A program made the position numbers and the translations under genes. From Escherichia phage vB_Eco_ZCEC15, in sequence record PQ871103.1: a stretch of DNA of 64,000 nt; one strand, 5' to 3'. The notes under the pieces were generated by a model. It ran no database searches, had not been told where the DNA came from, and worked only from the letters and a program-made list of their open reading frames with translations. Below, one piece after another: positions 10,595 to 20,704 of the stretch. Position 1 is the first letter of the stretch. Every line of letters starts with the position of its first letter.

Positions 10595-10813
10595 TCATTT
10601 TACACCATTCCAAATTGTTTCAACTACAGATTTTAAGCCATTTTGGTGAATATCCATTCCGACAACTGCCATCAAATAAATTCCAACTACAACTGAACCT
10701 AAGGCGAAAATCAGCATGAAAATGAATAAAGCCGGAAAAATATTATCAAAAAACCATTCAACAAATGTAAAAGCACTGCGTTTACGCTTCATATTTTCCT
10801 CACATAAATCCAA
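10595..10813 (-). CDS. hypothetical membrane protein (up to 72 aa)
   Basis: hydrophobic segment IFPALFIFMLIFALGSVVVGIYLMAVVG; start not verified. Confidence 0.45.
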   Translation of the reverse strand: MDLCEENMKRKRSAFTFVEWFFDNIFPALFIFMLIFALGSVVVGIYLMAVVGMDIHQNGLKSVVETIWNGVK

Positions 10814-10913
10814 AGTAAGCGTTTAATACATCAATCATTAAAACGATTGGGAATATACTCAAAACTACTAGTATTATAACTACATTCCATATAGCTTTAA
10901 CAATCTTTTTCAT
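10800..10913 (-). CDS. small membrane peptide (37 aa)
   Basis: trimmed to MKKIVKAIWNVVIILVVLSIFPIV.. with GGAGGAACAG SD; the longer ORF-track form would start inside the upstream promoter. Confidence 0.4.
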   Translation of the reverse strand: MKKIVKAIWNVVIILVVLSIFPIVLMIDVLNAYFGFM

Positions 10914-10940
10914 TTTCTGTTCCTCCGTAGTTGATAGGGT

Positions 10941-10970
10941 AATAGTACCACAGAGGAACAGTCTTGTAAA
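10941..10970 (-). promoter_or_regulatory. early promoter
   Basis: minus strand GTTTAC, 18 bp, TACTAT, with A/T-rich UP element. Confidence 0.55.
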
Positions 10971-11156
10971 CAACTTTTTTAAAAATATTCGTAATAAATG
11001 TGAATACCAATTACTACCGCTGAAACTTGTGCAACCCACCACGCACAAGCAATAAGCACAGAATTCAAAATTTTCATAATAACCTCATTACAAAAGTAAA
11101 TGTTAAACAAATTAATGGAATACTAATTAACCAAACAAAACACCACCACAATGAAC

Positions 11157-11420
11157 TCATAGTTCAATCTCAGCGATTTTCATTTCATTACTATTAATAG
11201 CCGCTTTAAGACTATCTGAAAGAATTACACACCAGTGGTCATTCATATGACCATTAACTAAACGTGTAATTTCTTCGGGAGTTGAAAAATAAGGCGTATC
11301 AGACTCCCAATGCGATAATCCCAAGCGAGTATAAATCATACCTTCATCATCGCTAGAATATTCAACTGACACAAACTCATCAGTTATTTTATGTTTAGCG
11401 TAATAAAATTTAAATTTCAT
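11157..11420 (-). CDS. hypothetical protein (87 aa after trimming)
   Basis: start set at MKFKFYYAKHK with GGAGGAG SD, downstream of the promoter at 11446-11476. Confidence 0.45.
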   Translation of the reverse strand: MKFKFYYAKHKITDEFVSVEYSSDDEGMIYTRLGLSHWESDTPYFSTPEEITRLVNGHMNDHWCVILSDSLKAAINSNEMKIAEIEL

Positions 11421-11445
11421 TTTTACTCCTCCGTAGCTGATAGTT

Positions 11446-11476
11446 GTATAATACCACAGTCCTTGCGGTATGTAAA
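11446..11476 (-). promoter_or_regulatory. early promoter
   Basis: minus strand GTTTAC..TGGTATTAT; UP element AAAATTTTCACAAAATGG. Confidence 0.55.
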
Positions 11477-11494
11477 CCATTTTGTGAAAATTTT

Positions 11495-12052
11495 TTAAAT
11501 GGAAAGATACCATCCGTTGTAGTTGCTTTTTCTTACAACCTTACGAAGGTCTTCTCTATCACCGATGAACTTCGGAGTGTACTGGATGACACCTGGATGA
11601 ATTTCTTTAGTGTTGAATATAATTATACAGTCAGCGACCTGATGATTCAGAATGGGCCCTAGATTTATTCCAGAACCGTATGGATACTCTCCGCTGCATC
11701 CTGTTGTTACAGAAATCCAACGTGAGTCAGTTTGATGTGTCTTAACTTCTACACGAAGCCCGCAGTATCTTGGATGCGCCAATACATCCCATGCGTATGT
11801 ATACGGGTCATTAACATCCTCTTGGCCTTTGTTAACATACCCGCTTAGCCAATCTGCTACAAAAAACTCTGCGTACACCGCGATACGGCATCTTTCGATG
11901 ACTTCTGCTTTATCCTGATTAGGATTTTGTTTTAAAGAGTATCTTGCTGTATCAGCAATTTTGACCTTCATTTCACTAGTCAAGTCACTGTTCGATAGGA
12001 TAAATGTCGGAATCTGAAATAGTCTCTGTAAACCCGGATTCGTTTTCTGCAT
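11495..12052 (-). CDS. denB: endonuclease IV DenB (probable)
   Basis: 185 aa ORF at the T4 denB position upstream of rIIB; size matches; sequence not independently verified. Confidence 0.6.
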   Translation of the reverse strand: MQKTNPGLQRLFQIPTFILSNSDLTSEMKVKIADTARYSLKQNPNQDKAEVIERCRIAVYAEFFVADWLSGYVNKGQEDVNDPYTYAWDVLAHPRYCGLRVEVKTHQTDSRWISVTTGCSGEYPYGSGINLGPILNHQVADCIIIFNTKEIHPGVIQYTPKFIGDREDLRKVVRKSNYNGWYLSI

Positions 12053-12314
12053 TTAGACTTTCCTTTTTACCGCTGAGATAAGCGTTATATACTTTAAGAG
12101 TGCCGTAATAAATTCGGTCATTTTCATCTAAAGACTCACGGTCAAGTTCATCGAGTTCCTTTTTATCCATGATTATAACATCATTGCAGTAAAGAAACCC
12201 AAGTTTTTCGTGACCAAACTCAAATTTATTGCAGTACACAATATTAGCGTGATGATTTCCGTGTAGATTAATCTCTTTTATGTCGGAATCACCGATATTC
12301 ATACAATAAATCAT
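11985..12314 (-). CDS. hypothetical protein (109 aa after trimming)
   Basis: start set at MIYCMNIGDSD with AAGGGA SD; preceded by hairpin at 12331-12348. Confidence 0.45.
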   Translation of the reverse strand: MIYCMNIGDSDIKEINLHGNHHANIVYCNKFEFGHEKLGFLYCNDVIIMDKKELDELDRESLDENDRIYYGTLKVYNAYLSGKKESLNAENESGFTETISDSDIYPIEQ

Positions 12315-12330
12315 AATTTCCCTTAAAACA

Positions 12331-12348
12331 AAAGGGCCGAAGCCCTTA
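12331..12348 (-). terminator. UUCG-tetraloop hairpin, possible terminator
   Basis: AAGGGCCGAAGCCCTT; on the minus transcript followed by UUUUGUUUU. Confidence 0.45.
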
Positions 12349-12540
12349 TTTAAATTGTGCAATTCTTTTTTCTAAACAATCTGCATAAGATTTCATTGAG
12401 ATGAGCTGCGAAAGCATCAGTTCTTGCTCAACTTCATTAATCGTTAGAAACTTTGTGCTTTCTAAAAATTTGCTCAGTGCATTAATTTTGAGCATTAATT
12501 GATCGTATTCTTCTTTTACTCGTGCTTGATAACCTAACAT
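12346..12540 (-). CDS. hypothetical protein 64 aa, predicted helical
   Basis: AAGGAAAA SD; between rIIB and denB region. Confidence 0.5.
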   Translation of the reverse strand: MLGYQARVKEEYDQLMLKINALSKFLESTKFLTINEVEQELMLSQLISMKSYADCLEKRIAQFK

Positions 12541-12568
12541 AATTTTCCTTAGTTAAGGGCCGAAGCCC

Positions 12569-13507
12569 TTATTTAAATTGTTCAGTAACGTCTTCAACTA
12601 CTTCGTATTGGCAGGTACGCATTTTAGCATCGTTGTAATCAATCGGAATTGATACTACATCACGCGGATGCACTTTAACTTTTACAACTCGACTGGTTGA
12701 ACTGCCAAAGTGACGAATATAAGATTTAGAACACACATGCAGACCACGAGAGCAAGTTTGTGTATCATCGTCATTCACACGAGTACGTGGCATTTTAACT
12801 ACTTTACCGGGACTGTTATCAAAAGTATTTGAATGACAGTCAAAGTAATTGCTGCGAACTACTTTCCAAGCATAGAAGTAACCATCTTCTGTAATTTCAA
12901 TATCGTTTGCTACCAAGAAATCAAAGAGTCGAGATACCGCTTTTTGGCTTGGGTTTTCCAACAGATTTTCCAAGAACGGAAAATAAAATTCAAAGTTTTC
13001 GCCTTTTTCCATCGAGTCAAGAATACGATCAACCAAACCAGACCGCAATTCGATATTTTGATAGAACAAGCTTCCACCTTCAATTCGAACATCGCCGGAA
13101 ATATATTTTTCAACAGCACGACGAACATTAATTTTTTGTGCCGCTTCTTCCAATTTATCTGCAACAAGCAGATTAAGAATTTCCTGGAAGTTTGAATGAG
13201 TATTAGGAGTTGCGTTATAAGTTACACCGTCAACAGTAATTGAAATGAATTTTTTAGATGCATTCCAAATAATGTCAGATTTAGCAACTGGAGCAATAAC
13301 TGCATCGCTATTAACTTTAACTGTAATATCACCGCTAATAGTAACTTTGGAGCGCTCAGCTTCTTCAGCATTTTTCAAAACACGACGGATTGTGTCAACC
13401 GATACACCTTGCCAATCAGCCAATTCCTGTTGGGTATAATTACCACTTGAATACAGTTTGACAATTTCAGCTTGTTCGTTTTTGGTCAGGCATTTAATAT
13501 TGTACAT
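12569..13507 (-). CDS. rIIB: rIIB protein
   Basis: 312 aa MYNIKCLTKNEQAEIVKLYSSGNYTQQELADWQGVSVDTIRRVLK..; size and sequence match remembered T4 rIIB. Confidence 0.9.
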   Translation of the reverse strand: MYNIKCLTKNEQAEIVKLYSSGNYTQQELADWQGVSVDTIRRVLKNAEEAERSKVTISGDITVKVNSDAVIAPVAKSDIIWNASKKFISITVDGVTYNATPNTHSNFQEILNLLVADKLEEAAQKINVRRAVEKYISGDVRIEGGSLFYQNIELRSGLVDRILDSMEKGENFEFYFPFLENLLENPSQKAVSRLFDFLVANDIEITEDGYFYAWKVVRSNYFDCHSNTFDNSPGKVVKMPRTRVNDDDTQTCSRGLHVCSKSYIRHFGSSTSRVVKVKVHPRDVVSIPIDYNDAKMRTCQYEVVEDVTEQFK

Positions 13508-13518
13508 AATTTTCCTTA

Positions 13519-15696
13519 TTAGGCCGCAAGGGCCTTCATAGTTTTAGCGATTTGGGAAACTTCATCATCACTTAAAGAGTTGCGATAACCGATGAAGTCG
13601 GAAACAATACGGAATTTCTTGGTAAACTCAGCAACCATTTTATCACTGTTTTTTGAAGCATTATTTGATAATACATCAAAAAGATTAGTTACTGTCCAGA
13701 TGTCATGACCGATGGTATCTTTTCCACCGTTGAAATATATCCCCCGCAATGAACTAACCATATTACCGAGTCGTGTATATTCTTCGGAAACTTCATCTGT
13801 ACTAAAATACTTCATCATAAAATCTAGTTCAGGATATTTGATAATTTTATCAATATATCGTTGAGCTGAACTTGAATAACCTACATACTTATCATAATCT
13901 ACATCATCAAAAGCATCTACATATAAATCACGCAGAGTTTCAAAAATACATTGGCACTGACCAAGTTCTTTTACCTTTTTCTGCAAAAGCGGACGAATAA
14001 CATAAAATTCATTAATGCCAATAAGATTAGCCATACGAGTCAAAATACTCGTAGATGGATGACAAAGCGATGTAGTACCATCCATAGAGAAAATATCAGA
14101 ACGATGCATATATGCTACATAACCAGTAATTTCATCTGCTTCTGATGTGAGTGTAAACAGTTCCTCTTTTTCCCAGCGTCCGTCTTTAATTTCAAACTTA
14201 AACGCAGTAGCAGCTTTAGGACGAGGAGCTTTACTTTTAACTGCCTTCGGAATATAACTTTTAACTAAAGCTTCAATTTCTGACAAATAATGAATGTTAA
14301 CTTCATCACTTTCAAACATTGTCATAATATCAGGGAGTAAATCAATCTGCGATTCTACTTCCGGATTAATAAACAGAAGACGCTCATTATGATGAATATT
14401 CAAAGTGTTGTTAAATTCTTTATCATCTAACGCATGCGCTAATCCACGGACAATATTAACACGATTTTTAATATTATCAATAACAATATTAATTTTTGTT
14501 GTATTAATACCGAACAGACGATAACTTGATGCAACGGCTGAAGTTTCATGACTTTGCTTAATGCGTTTCAGTCGAGGGTCAAGATTTACTTCATACACAA
14601 CTCCTGCATCGCATAACTTACTGTCAGGTTCAAACATGCTTTGCATCTTCTTATATGACAGATTTTTAGTCGTAAATTTGACTGAATTACTAATCATATA
14701 ATCTCGAGCAGAATATCCCATCTTCATCAATTCACGGTATGTATGACGAGGAGATGTAGATTCTTTAAATCGTTTTACATCTTTATTGAATGCCTTCTCA
14801 CTAAGCTCTTTAACACGCTCAATAATATTTTTACGGGTACGATCATCTAGTGAAAGAGCTTCGCGTGATGGAGCAATATCAAGTGAACCCATTGGAAACT
14901 TAATGTAATTCACTTCATTGCGGATGCTTAACCAGTTACGGTCTCTAATAACACCATCGATAGGATAAACAATACCACCATAGATAGCATACAATCCACC
15001 ACGATCTGGCCAGTATCTTTCTGGATTTACGCCGTAATAGTCATCAAAATCCGGAAAATAATCAATTTCGCGGTCAAGACCATTAATGATAGCTAAATCT
15101 TTGAATGGTCGCATGATATAAGAAACTTCATAAGCAAAGTTTCTAAAGTCTTTTTCTTCAACTGGAACTACGATTTCAATACCAGTTTTATCATTTGGAC
15201 CCATTTCTTTTACAAATGTAGGTTTAATTTGCGGACCATCACCATCCATGTAAGCTACATAACCACGAATTTCACCTTTATGATACGAAGTAATACTAAA
15301 TGTATCAGTATAACTAAACGGAGATTTAGAACCTAAACCAAATCCACCAATGAAATCGTTAGATTCAGCCTTAGATGAACTAAAGTATGAATTATACAAC
15401 CCAGGAGAATTATCATCACCTTGAATATCAAAATCGCTCATACCCGGACCAAAATCTCGGCAAACAAATCGCGGATCTAATCGTCCTGGAACTTGAATGA
15501 TAAATTTTTCATGATTTCCATTGAGAGCATGGGCGTCAATCATGTTGGTAATCAATTCACGGACTACTGCGCGAATCTTGTTTGTATACAAATCAGATGA
15601 CAGAATTTTGAATACTTTAGGAGATGCTGTGATGCTAAATGCTTTTGATTTAGAACCATTACCAAGAATTGTTTCTTTTTCAGTGGTGATAATCAT
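13519..15696 (-). CDS. rIIA: rIIA protein
   Basis: 725 aa [56 protein letters not shown]..; matches remembered T4 rIIA. Confidence 0.9.
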   Translation of the reverse strand: MIITTEKETILGNGSKSKAFSITASPKVFKILSSDLYTNKIRAVVRELITNMIDAHALNGNHEKFIIQVPGRLDPRFVCRDFGPGMSDFDIQGDDNSPGLYNSYFSSSKAESNDFIGGFGLGSKSPFSYTDTFSITSYHKGEIRGYVAYMDGDGPQIKPTFVKEMGPNDKTGIEIVVPVEEKDFRNFAYEVSYIMRPFKDLAIINGLDREIDYFPDFDDYYGVNPERYWPDRGGLYAIYGGIVYPIDGVIRDRNWLSIRNEVNYIKFPMGSLDIAPSREALSLDDRTRKNIIERVKELSEKAFNKDVKRFKESTSPRHTYRELMKMGYSARDYMISNSVKFTTKNLSYKKMQSMFEPDSKLCDAGVVYEVNLDPRLKRIKQSHETSAVASSYRLFGINTTKINIVIDNIKNRVNIVRGLAHALDDKEFNNTLNIHHNERLLFINPEVESQIDLLPDIMTMFESDEVNIHYLSEIEALVKSYIPKAVKSKAPRPKAATAFKFEIKDGRWEKEELFTLTSEADEITGYVAYMHRSDIFSMDGTTSLCHPSTSILTRMANLIGINEFYVIRPLLQKKVKELGQCQCIFETLRDLYVDAFDDVDYDKYVGYSSSAQRYIDKIIKYPELDFMMKYFSTDEVSEEYTRLGNMVSSLRGIYFNGGKDTIGHDIWTVTNLFDVLSNNASKNSDKMVAEFTKKFRIVSDFIGYRNSLSDDEVSQIAKTMKALAA

Positions 15697-15706
15697 AATT
15701 TCCTCA

Positions 15707-15910
15707 TTAATTCATATTGCGTTTAATAACTTCAGCAACTTCTAGTAGTTCATCTTTAGTTGCGGTGTCGGATTGAATTTTATCTCTAATATCCTTAAAG
15801 CGGTTTTTAAACTCTTCGGCTTCTCCCATATCGAAAAAGCGTTGAATGATTCTATATTCTCGATGAACTGCTTTATCAAAAAGTTCTAAATTTACTCTGT
15901 ATGATTTCAT
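15707..15910 (-). CDS. hypothetical protein rIIA.1-like 67 aa
   Basis: small ORF directly upstream of rIIA, downstream of early promoter. Confidence 0.55.
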   Translation of the reverse strand: MKSYRVNLELFDKAVHREYRIIQRFFDMGEAEEFKNRFKDIRDKIQSDTATKDELLEVAEVIKRNMN

Positions 15911-15935
15911 TTCAATATCCTCATTTGCCCAATTA

Positions 15936-15965
15936 ATTATACCACATCCTTGTGGTAAAGTAAAC
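15936..15965 (-). promoter_or_regulatory. early promoter (rIIA.1/rIIA)
   Basis: minus strand GTTTAC TTTACCACAAGGATGTGG TATAAT; -35 overlaps gene 39 stop codon. Confidence 0.65.
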
Positions 15966-17782
15966 TATTGGCTCATCCATTCTTTACGAAGGTCAGCATT
16001 ATCTCCCATGAGCATTTCAAAAAGCTCTTTCCAGTTCTCAGGAAGTTTAACAACATCATATACTGGGTTTTGAATCATCTCACGATATTCAGATTTTTCC
16101 AAAGAGCCAAGTCCCTTAATATAACGGATGCTATGTTTAGGTAGAGCATCTTTGGCACTCTCATATTCAGCGACTGTATAAAACCATTCTTGTTTTTTAC
16201 CGACCTGAGCGATGATTACAGGAGTTTTGACGAAGCGAATTCTTCCTTGTTCAAACAGTTCTGGCCAATTACTAAAAAATCCGAGCAGAGAAGGATAAAT
16301 GCTTCCTAGACCATCATGGTCGGCATCGGTCATAATTGCAATATTATGATAATTCAAGTTTTCAGCCTTTTCACCAAGAACTAATCCAGTGATTGCGCAA
16401 ATATCAAACAGTTCTTTGTTTTTAAGCATATCAGCATATGACATACCCCAACTGTTGAGAACTTTACCACGCAATGGATAACCACCATGAAGTTCTTTAT
16501 CACGAACATCAATAAGATATCCGATAGCAGAATCACCCTCAGTCAAGAAAAGAGTAGTGTCAGCATCTTTACCGCAAAGATTCGCTTTAATGTGTTTATG
16601 AACCTTAGCTTTAGAAGCCTTTTTAGCTGCTTTAGTTTCTGCTGCCTTTTCTGCCGCCAATTTACGAGCCAAAGCAGCTTCAATAATTGGCATTAAAATT
16701 GCTTCATTGTTTAAAATAGCGCGTGAAATCTTTTTAGCATCAAGCTGAATATGACTACGAATTTCACCAAATGGAGAAGTCAAACGCTCTTTAGTTTGAG
16801 AATCAAATCGCATGTTTTTCATATCACGAACAAACATAACGATAGTCAAACATTCTTTAACACGTGCTTTAGTTACATCAATTTTGAACTTACGTTTGAT
16901 TTGTGGAATAAGGTCTTCACAAATATCATCCATAACACAGTCAATATGATGGCCACCATTCTTAGTATGAATGTTATTGACGTATGTTAATTGACGAAAA
17001 CCATCAGGTGAACGACCAACCGCAATAGAGCAATTTTCTTGTTCTTGAACGATAGCATGCTCATCATATTGACGTGCATATTTCTTAAAATTACCCTGAA
17101 CCTTTTTACCATTAAAGGTAAATTGAATATCAGGATAAACTACTGCAAGTGTCTGGAGACGATCTAGTGTAATGTCAAGATAAACTTGAGATAGCTCATT
17201 AGTTTCAAATGACATAAAATCAGGAATGAAAGTAACACGAGTTCCTTTCCATTTTCCAGGAATAGTTTCCCATGATTTATTTTCCATGCCATTTGAACAA
17301 CGAACTACAATATTATTTTGACCGTCGCCAGTTTCACCGACAAACATCACAGAAAAAATGTTTGTCAAACTAGAACCAACACCATTCATACCGCCGGTGA
17401 CGCGTTCTTTATCATCACCAAAGTTACCACCTGCTTTTGGAATAGTCCAGGCAGCAACAGGGCCAGGAATTTCTTCACCGGTAGGTGTTTTAACCATCGC
17501 TTGTGGAATACCGCGACCGTTATCTTCAACTGTTACTTGATTGTTTTTAATAGTAACATTAATTTTATTTGCGAATTTAAACTTAGTACGAATACCTTCA
17601 TCTACTGAGTTATCGATAATTTCATCAATAAGCTTAACAAGACCAGGTACATACTGAACACTTTCCCATTTACCAAACAGAAAGCGCTCATGCGTTTCAT
17701 TAGCTGAAGAGCCAATGTACATGCCACTACGCTTTTTGATATGTTCAATATCGCTCAGAATTTTAATTTCATTCTTAATCAT
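15965..17782 (-). CDS. 39: DNA topoisomerase II large subunit, uninterrupted 39+60 form
   Basis: 605 aa from ATG at 17782 (ORF-track GTG at 17785); MIKNEIKILSDIEHIKKRSGMYIGSS.. GyrB-like; single ORF with no gene-60 split. Confidence 0.9.
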   Translation of the reverse strand: MIKNEIKILSDIEHIKKRSGMYIGSSANETHERFLFGKWESVQYVPGLVKLIDEIIDNSVDEGIRTKFKFANKINVTIKNNQVTVEDNGRGIPQAMVKTPTGEEIPGPVAAWTIPKAGGNFGDDKERVTGGMNGVGSSLTNIFSVMFVGETGDGQNNIVVRCSNGMENKSWETIPGKWKGTRVTFIPDFMSFETNELSQVYLDITLDRLQTLAVVYPDIQFTFNGKKVQGNFKKYARQYDEHAIVQEQENCSIAVGRSPDGFRQLTYVNNIHTKNGGHHIDCVMDDICEDLIPQIKRKFKIDVTKARVKECLTIVMFVRDMKNMRFDSQTKERLTSPFGEIRSHIQLDAKKISRAILNNEAILMPIIEAALARKLAAEKAAETKAAKKASKAKVHKHIKANLCGKDADTTLFLTEGDSAIGYLIDVRDKELHGGYPLRGKVLNSWGMSYADMLKNKELFDICAITGLVLGEKAENLNYHNIAIMTDADHDGLGSIYPSLLGFFSNWPELFEQGRIRFVKTPVIIAQVGKKQEWFYTVAEYESAKDALPKHSIRYIKGLGSLEKSEYREMIQNPVYDVVKLPENWKELFEMLMGDNADLRKEWMSQ

Positions 17783-17809
17783 CACTTATCCTCGTTTGGT
17801 TTCGGGAAT

Positions 17810-17836
17810 ATTATACTCCGGTAATCATAAAGCTAA
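17810..17836 (-). promoter_or_regulatory. MotA-dependent middle promoter candidate for gene 39
   Basis: minus strand TTAGCTTTAT (MotA-box-like), 11 bp, TATAAT, about 28 nt upstream of gene 39 ATG. Confidence 0.5.
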
Positions 17837-17853
17837 AGGCCCGAAGGCCTTTT
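17836..17853 (-). other. UUCG-tetraloop hairpin
   Basis: AAAGGCCCGAAGGCCTTT between the lipoprotein ORF stop and the gene 39 middle promoter. Confidence 0.45.
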
Positions 17854-18112
17854 ATTTAAAACGGATAGTCGAATCCTTGAAGAATAGACCAGAACATACT
17901 GTTCCTTCTACTTTCTGCCCGGTAGGTCCAATAGCACGAAATCCAGTATGCTGGAAATCATTTTCAGAGCAACCGAACCAGTTATATCCAGTGATTTCAA
18001 TATTAGTAAAACCACTTGAAGACAAAACTTTAGTTGCATTATCAGCATCAGTACATCCTACTAAAGATACTGCTAATACTAATGCCGCGATAGAACGATT
18101 AACATATTTCAT
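17852..18112 (-). CDS. predicted lipoprotein (39.1 position)
   Basis: signal peptide with lipobox LVGC (MKYVNRSIAALVLAVSLVGCTD). Confidence 0.6.
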   Translation of the reverse strand: MKYVNRSIAALVLAVSLVGCTDADNATKVLSSSGFTNIEITGYNWFGCSENDFQHTGFRAIGPTGQKVEGTVCSGLFFKDSTIRFK

Positions 18113-18114
18113 AA

Positions 18115-18291
18115 TTACCCTTTAAGCAAGTCGTAAAAACCACCGTTCACATGCTTAGGAGCGGAAACTAACCGAATAGCAATCCGATGACAATCAGGAC
18201 ATACATCAGTATCCCTTTCAGAAATTTTCTTGATTTTTTCGTATTCTTTTGCACAGTCTTTGGATTGGCATTTATAATCATAAAGCGGCAT
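18115..18291 (-). CDS. zinc-ribbon protein 58 aa (39.2 position)
   Basis: own translation MPLYDYKCQSKDCAKEYEKI..CPDCHRIA.. with CxxxxC..CxxC ribbon; below ORF-track cutoff. Confidence 0.45.
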   Translation of the reverse strand: MPLYDYKCQSKDCAKEYEKIKKISERDTDVCPDCHRIAIRLVSAPKHVNGGFYDLLKG

Positions 18292-18293
18292 AA

Positions 18294-18701
18294 TTATTCC
18301 TTAAAGTGAGCTTTCAACATCTGATACAAGGACCATGCCTGTTCATTATTTTCAATAGTAACTTTCATGACCGGGAATTCTGCGAAATCTTCTATTTGTT
18401 CTTGCTCTTCCTGCTCTTCAGCTGCCTGGTATAAAGTTTCCACTTCATCAAAGAACTCTGCATCGTCCGCTAAAAGACAAATATAATTTTCATCGCAAGT
18501 ATCTCTATATAAAAATAGTGTTTCGTTAGATGTCATAATTTTAGTTGGAGTTTGAAGAGAATCAACATCCAAGATTTTAAAAGGTTGCATACCTAAACGT
18601 TTTGCATAAATTTTATTCTCAGCATGGTCTTCAATAAAAGCTTCTTGAGCTTGTTTATTTTTAAATTGATACCATTTATTAACTTCAAATTTAATAGCCA
18701 T
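18294..18701 (-). CDS. hypothetical acidic protein 135 aa (T4 goF/comC-alpha position)
   Basis: ORF with [12 protein letters not shown] acidic stretch; assignment by position only. Confidence 0.45.
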   Translation of the reverse strand: MAIKFEVNKWYQFKNKQAQEAFIEDHAENKIYAKRLGMQPFKILDVDSLQTPTKIMTSNETLFLYRDTCDENYICLLADDAEFFDEVETLYQAAEEQEEQEQIEDFAEFPVMKVTIENNEQAWSLYQMLKAHFKE

Positions 18702-18916
18702 TAATAAATTTCCTTCCAGTAAGTTGTGCCATCTTCAGTGATTTCACGGAATACACCATAAATTGGTTGTTTATCACCGACTTTCTCATATACATAAACC
18801 GAAGTCAAGTGAGTAAACTTGATAGTGTGTTCCTTTTGAACTACTACCAAATCTGGATCGAATAATACATCTTCAAATTCATCATTAGTGCAATTCTGAA
18901 CAATTTTACGTTTCAT
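18701..18916 (-). CDS. hypothetical protein 71 aa (T4 cef position)
   Basis: size and position match T4 cef; sequence not verified. Confidence 0.45.
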   Translation of the reverse strand: MKRKIVQNCTNDEFEDVLFDPDLVVVQKEHTIKFTHLTSVYVYEKVGDKQPIYGVFREITEDGTTYWKEIY

Positions 18917-19087
18917 TACAATTTCCTCATTAATTAAACATTGGAGCGATGCGTTTCAGAAGAGTATCAGCACCTTTGGCGAATTTCCATTTTATTCTCC
19001 AAGTTGTTTTCTGTATCAGTAGTTGATATTGATATAGTACCATAATCAACTACTGATGTATATAGTTTTATGAAAAAATTTTAAACT

Positions 19088-19579
19088 TTATGCATAGCGA
19101 GCTTTGCTGTAGTGTTTAATCCAACTTTCAGGAATGACTTTGTATGTTCCTAAAAATACCGCGTTGTATAACTTAACGCCATCTTCTACCCATTGATCAG
19201 TAATGTATGCACACATAGCGCGAGTACGGTCAACAACACCTTCCTCACCTTCAGTAAATTCAAACTCATAAGGAGCAACGAACTTAATAGCCTGACCGAG
19301 TTTCCACTTAAAGTCTACGCCTACATGCGAAGTATCAATCGTTTCAATTCCTTTAGCAGGAACAGCTTTCAAAAACGCAGACTCAAGAAATTTCGCACGA
19401 ACGTAGCCAAACTGAGGTTTAGACTTTCCATCTTTAGGAATGATACGCACTTTTACTTCAGAATCTTCATCTTTAACACCGTGTTTAAGCTGAATGCTTA
19501 CAACTTCGACCAATTTTCCTGCTGCTTTAGAGCGGGATTTATCAGATACACGAGCTAATTCACCAATATTAATAATCAT
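19088..19579 (-). CDS. MotB-like protein 163 aa
   Basis: size and position match T4 motB; C-terminal domain ITDQWVEDGVKLYNAVFLGTYKVIP shared with the next ORF. Confidence 0.5.
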   Translation of the reverse strand: MIINIGELARVSDKSRSKAAGKLVEVVSIQLKHGVKDEDSEVKVRIIPKDGKSKPQFGYVRAKFLESAFLKAVPAKGIETIDTSHVGVDFKWKLGQAIKFVAPYEFEFTEGEEGVVDRTRAMCAYITDQWVEDGVKLYNAVFLGTYKVIPESWIKHYSKARYA

Positions 19580-19623
19580 AGTTATCTCTCACTTGTTAAA
19601 AAGATTTTATACTCCACAGGACC

Positions 19624-19653
19624 ATTATACTCTGGTCCCAAGAGTTTGTAAAC
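19624..19653 (-). promoter_or_regulatory. early promoter
   Basis: minus strand GTTTAC AAACTCTTGGGACCAGAG TATAAT; -35 overlaps upstream ORF stop. Confidence 0.6.
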
Positions 19654-20201
19654 TAGCTTACACGAACATTAATCACTGCGCTACGAGGAACTACAGAGTA
19701 TTCTCCAGCATGAACTACGTTCAGAAGTTCAACGCCATCTTCAATCCACTGGTCTGTTACCCAACCACAGATAGGATTATCAAAAGGACGACGGATAGAC
19801 ACAGCAGCACACAACAGGTCTGTAGGGTCTTGTTCTTCAACTTCTTGGAACAGGATGAACTCATCTTCATAAACCAGGTTTTTCTTTATTTTGTTATTAT
19901 CTAACCGGCGACCGTGGATGACGTAAGATTTGTCAAACCACTCACTTTTGGCAAATTCTTCAACAATAAATTCGCCTTCGCCAAAAACATCAGTCAGAGT
20001 TTTATGACCAGAAATCAAGGCATTAGTTTTAATTTTAGGTTCAACCAGTTTGTAGGTTTTGCCGATTTCAATAGCGGTAGTCATAGTAGGTTCCTTAATT
20101 TCCAGTGGTTTAACAGGGCATACATAAGTACTTACAACATCAAAATCAATCAGTTTAGCTACCGGATTTGGTATGTATTCAGGATTATAATTAAATTTCA
20201 T
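19653..20201 (-). CDS. MotB-paralog protein 182 aa
   Basis: C-terminal VTDQWIEDGVELLNVVHAGEYSVVP paralogous to the 19088-19579 product. Confidence 0.5.
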   Translation of the reverse strand: MKFNYNPEYIPNPVAKLIDFDVVSTYVCPVKPLEIKEPTMTTAIEIGKTYKLVEPKIKTNALISGHKTLTDVFGEGEFIVEEFAKSEWFDKSYVIHGRRLDNNKIKKNLVYEDEFILFQEVEEQDPTDLLCAAVSIRRPFDNPICGWVTDQWIEDGVELLNVVHAGEYSVVPRSAVINVRVS

Positions 20202-20203
20202 AA

Positions 20204-20704
20204 TTATCTCATTTCAATAAAATCTACGAGTTCAGCATGCGATTTGCGGAACATTACTTGGTGCCCACCAATGATAACTTCATCTTCAGGAACTTCGTAT
20301 ACAGCGAGATAAAATCCTTTAGAAGATAATTCTTCCCGCTCTTCTCGTGTGAACCATCTCATCATATCATATTCACTAGCGAAAGCAAAATGATAAAGAC
20401 CTATAAACCATCCGGGAATATGATATTCTACTCCAACATAATCTTTCTTGAACTTAGTATTAATTACTATATTAGCGTTTTTAACTAATAGTTTATCTTC
20501 GTGTGGTAAAGGAATTCTTTTATTATTATCGCTATGATGCATAAAATTAGGTCTGTCATAACCTACGTGTAATAGCCACTCTTCGCTCCATGAATCTATT
20601 ATACTCCTGTATGGCGTTATTTGAACACAAAGATTTCGACGTATTGTTATAGCATCTTCACAATTAAGAATACTAAACGATGATTCAACACGATAAATTT
20701 TCAT
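20204..20704 (-). CDS. hypothetical protein 166 aa
   Basis: ORF with GAGGATAATAAA SD; preceded by a 22-bp tandem duplication of its RBS region. Confidence 0.5.
   Translation of the reverse strand: MKIYRVESSFSILNCEDAITIRRNLCVQITPYRSIIDSWSEEWLLHVGYDRPNFMHHSDNNKRIPLPHEDKLLVKNANIVINTKFKKDYVGVEYHIPGWFIGLYHFAFASEYDMMRWFTREEREELSSKGFYLAVYEVPEDEVIIGGHQVMFRKSHAELVDFIEMR

Noticed and set aside
16487-17608. Several plus-strand ORFs of 60-96 codons
   Set aside because: All lie antisense inside gene 39; typical spurious frames in AT-rich DNA
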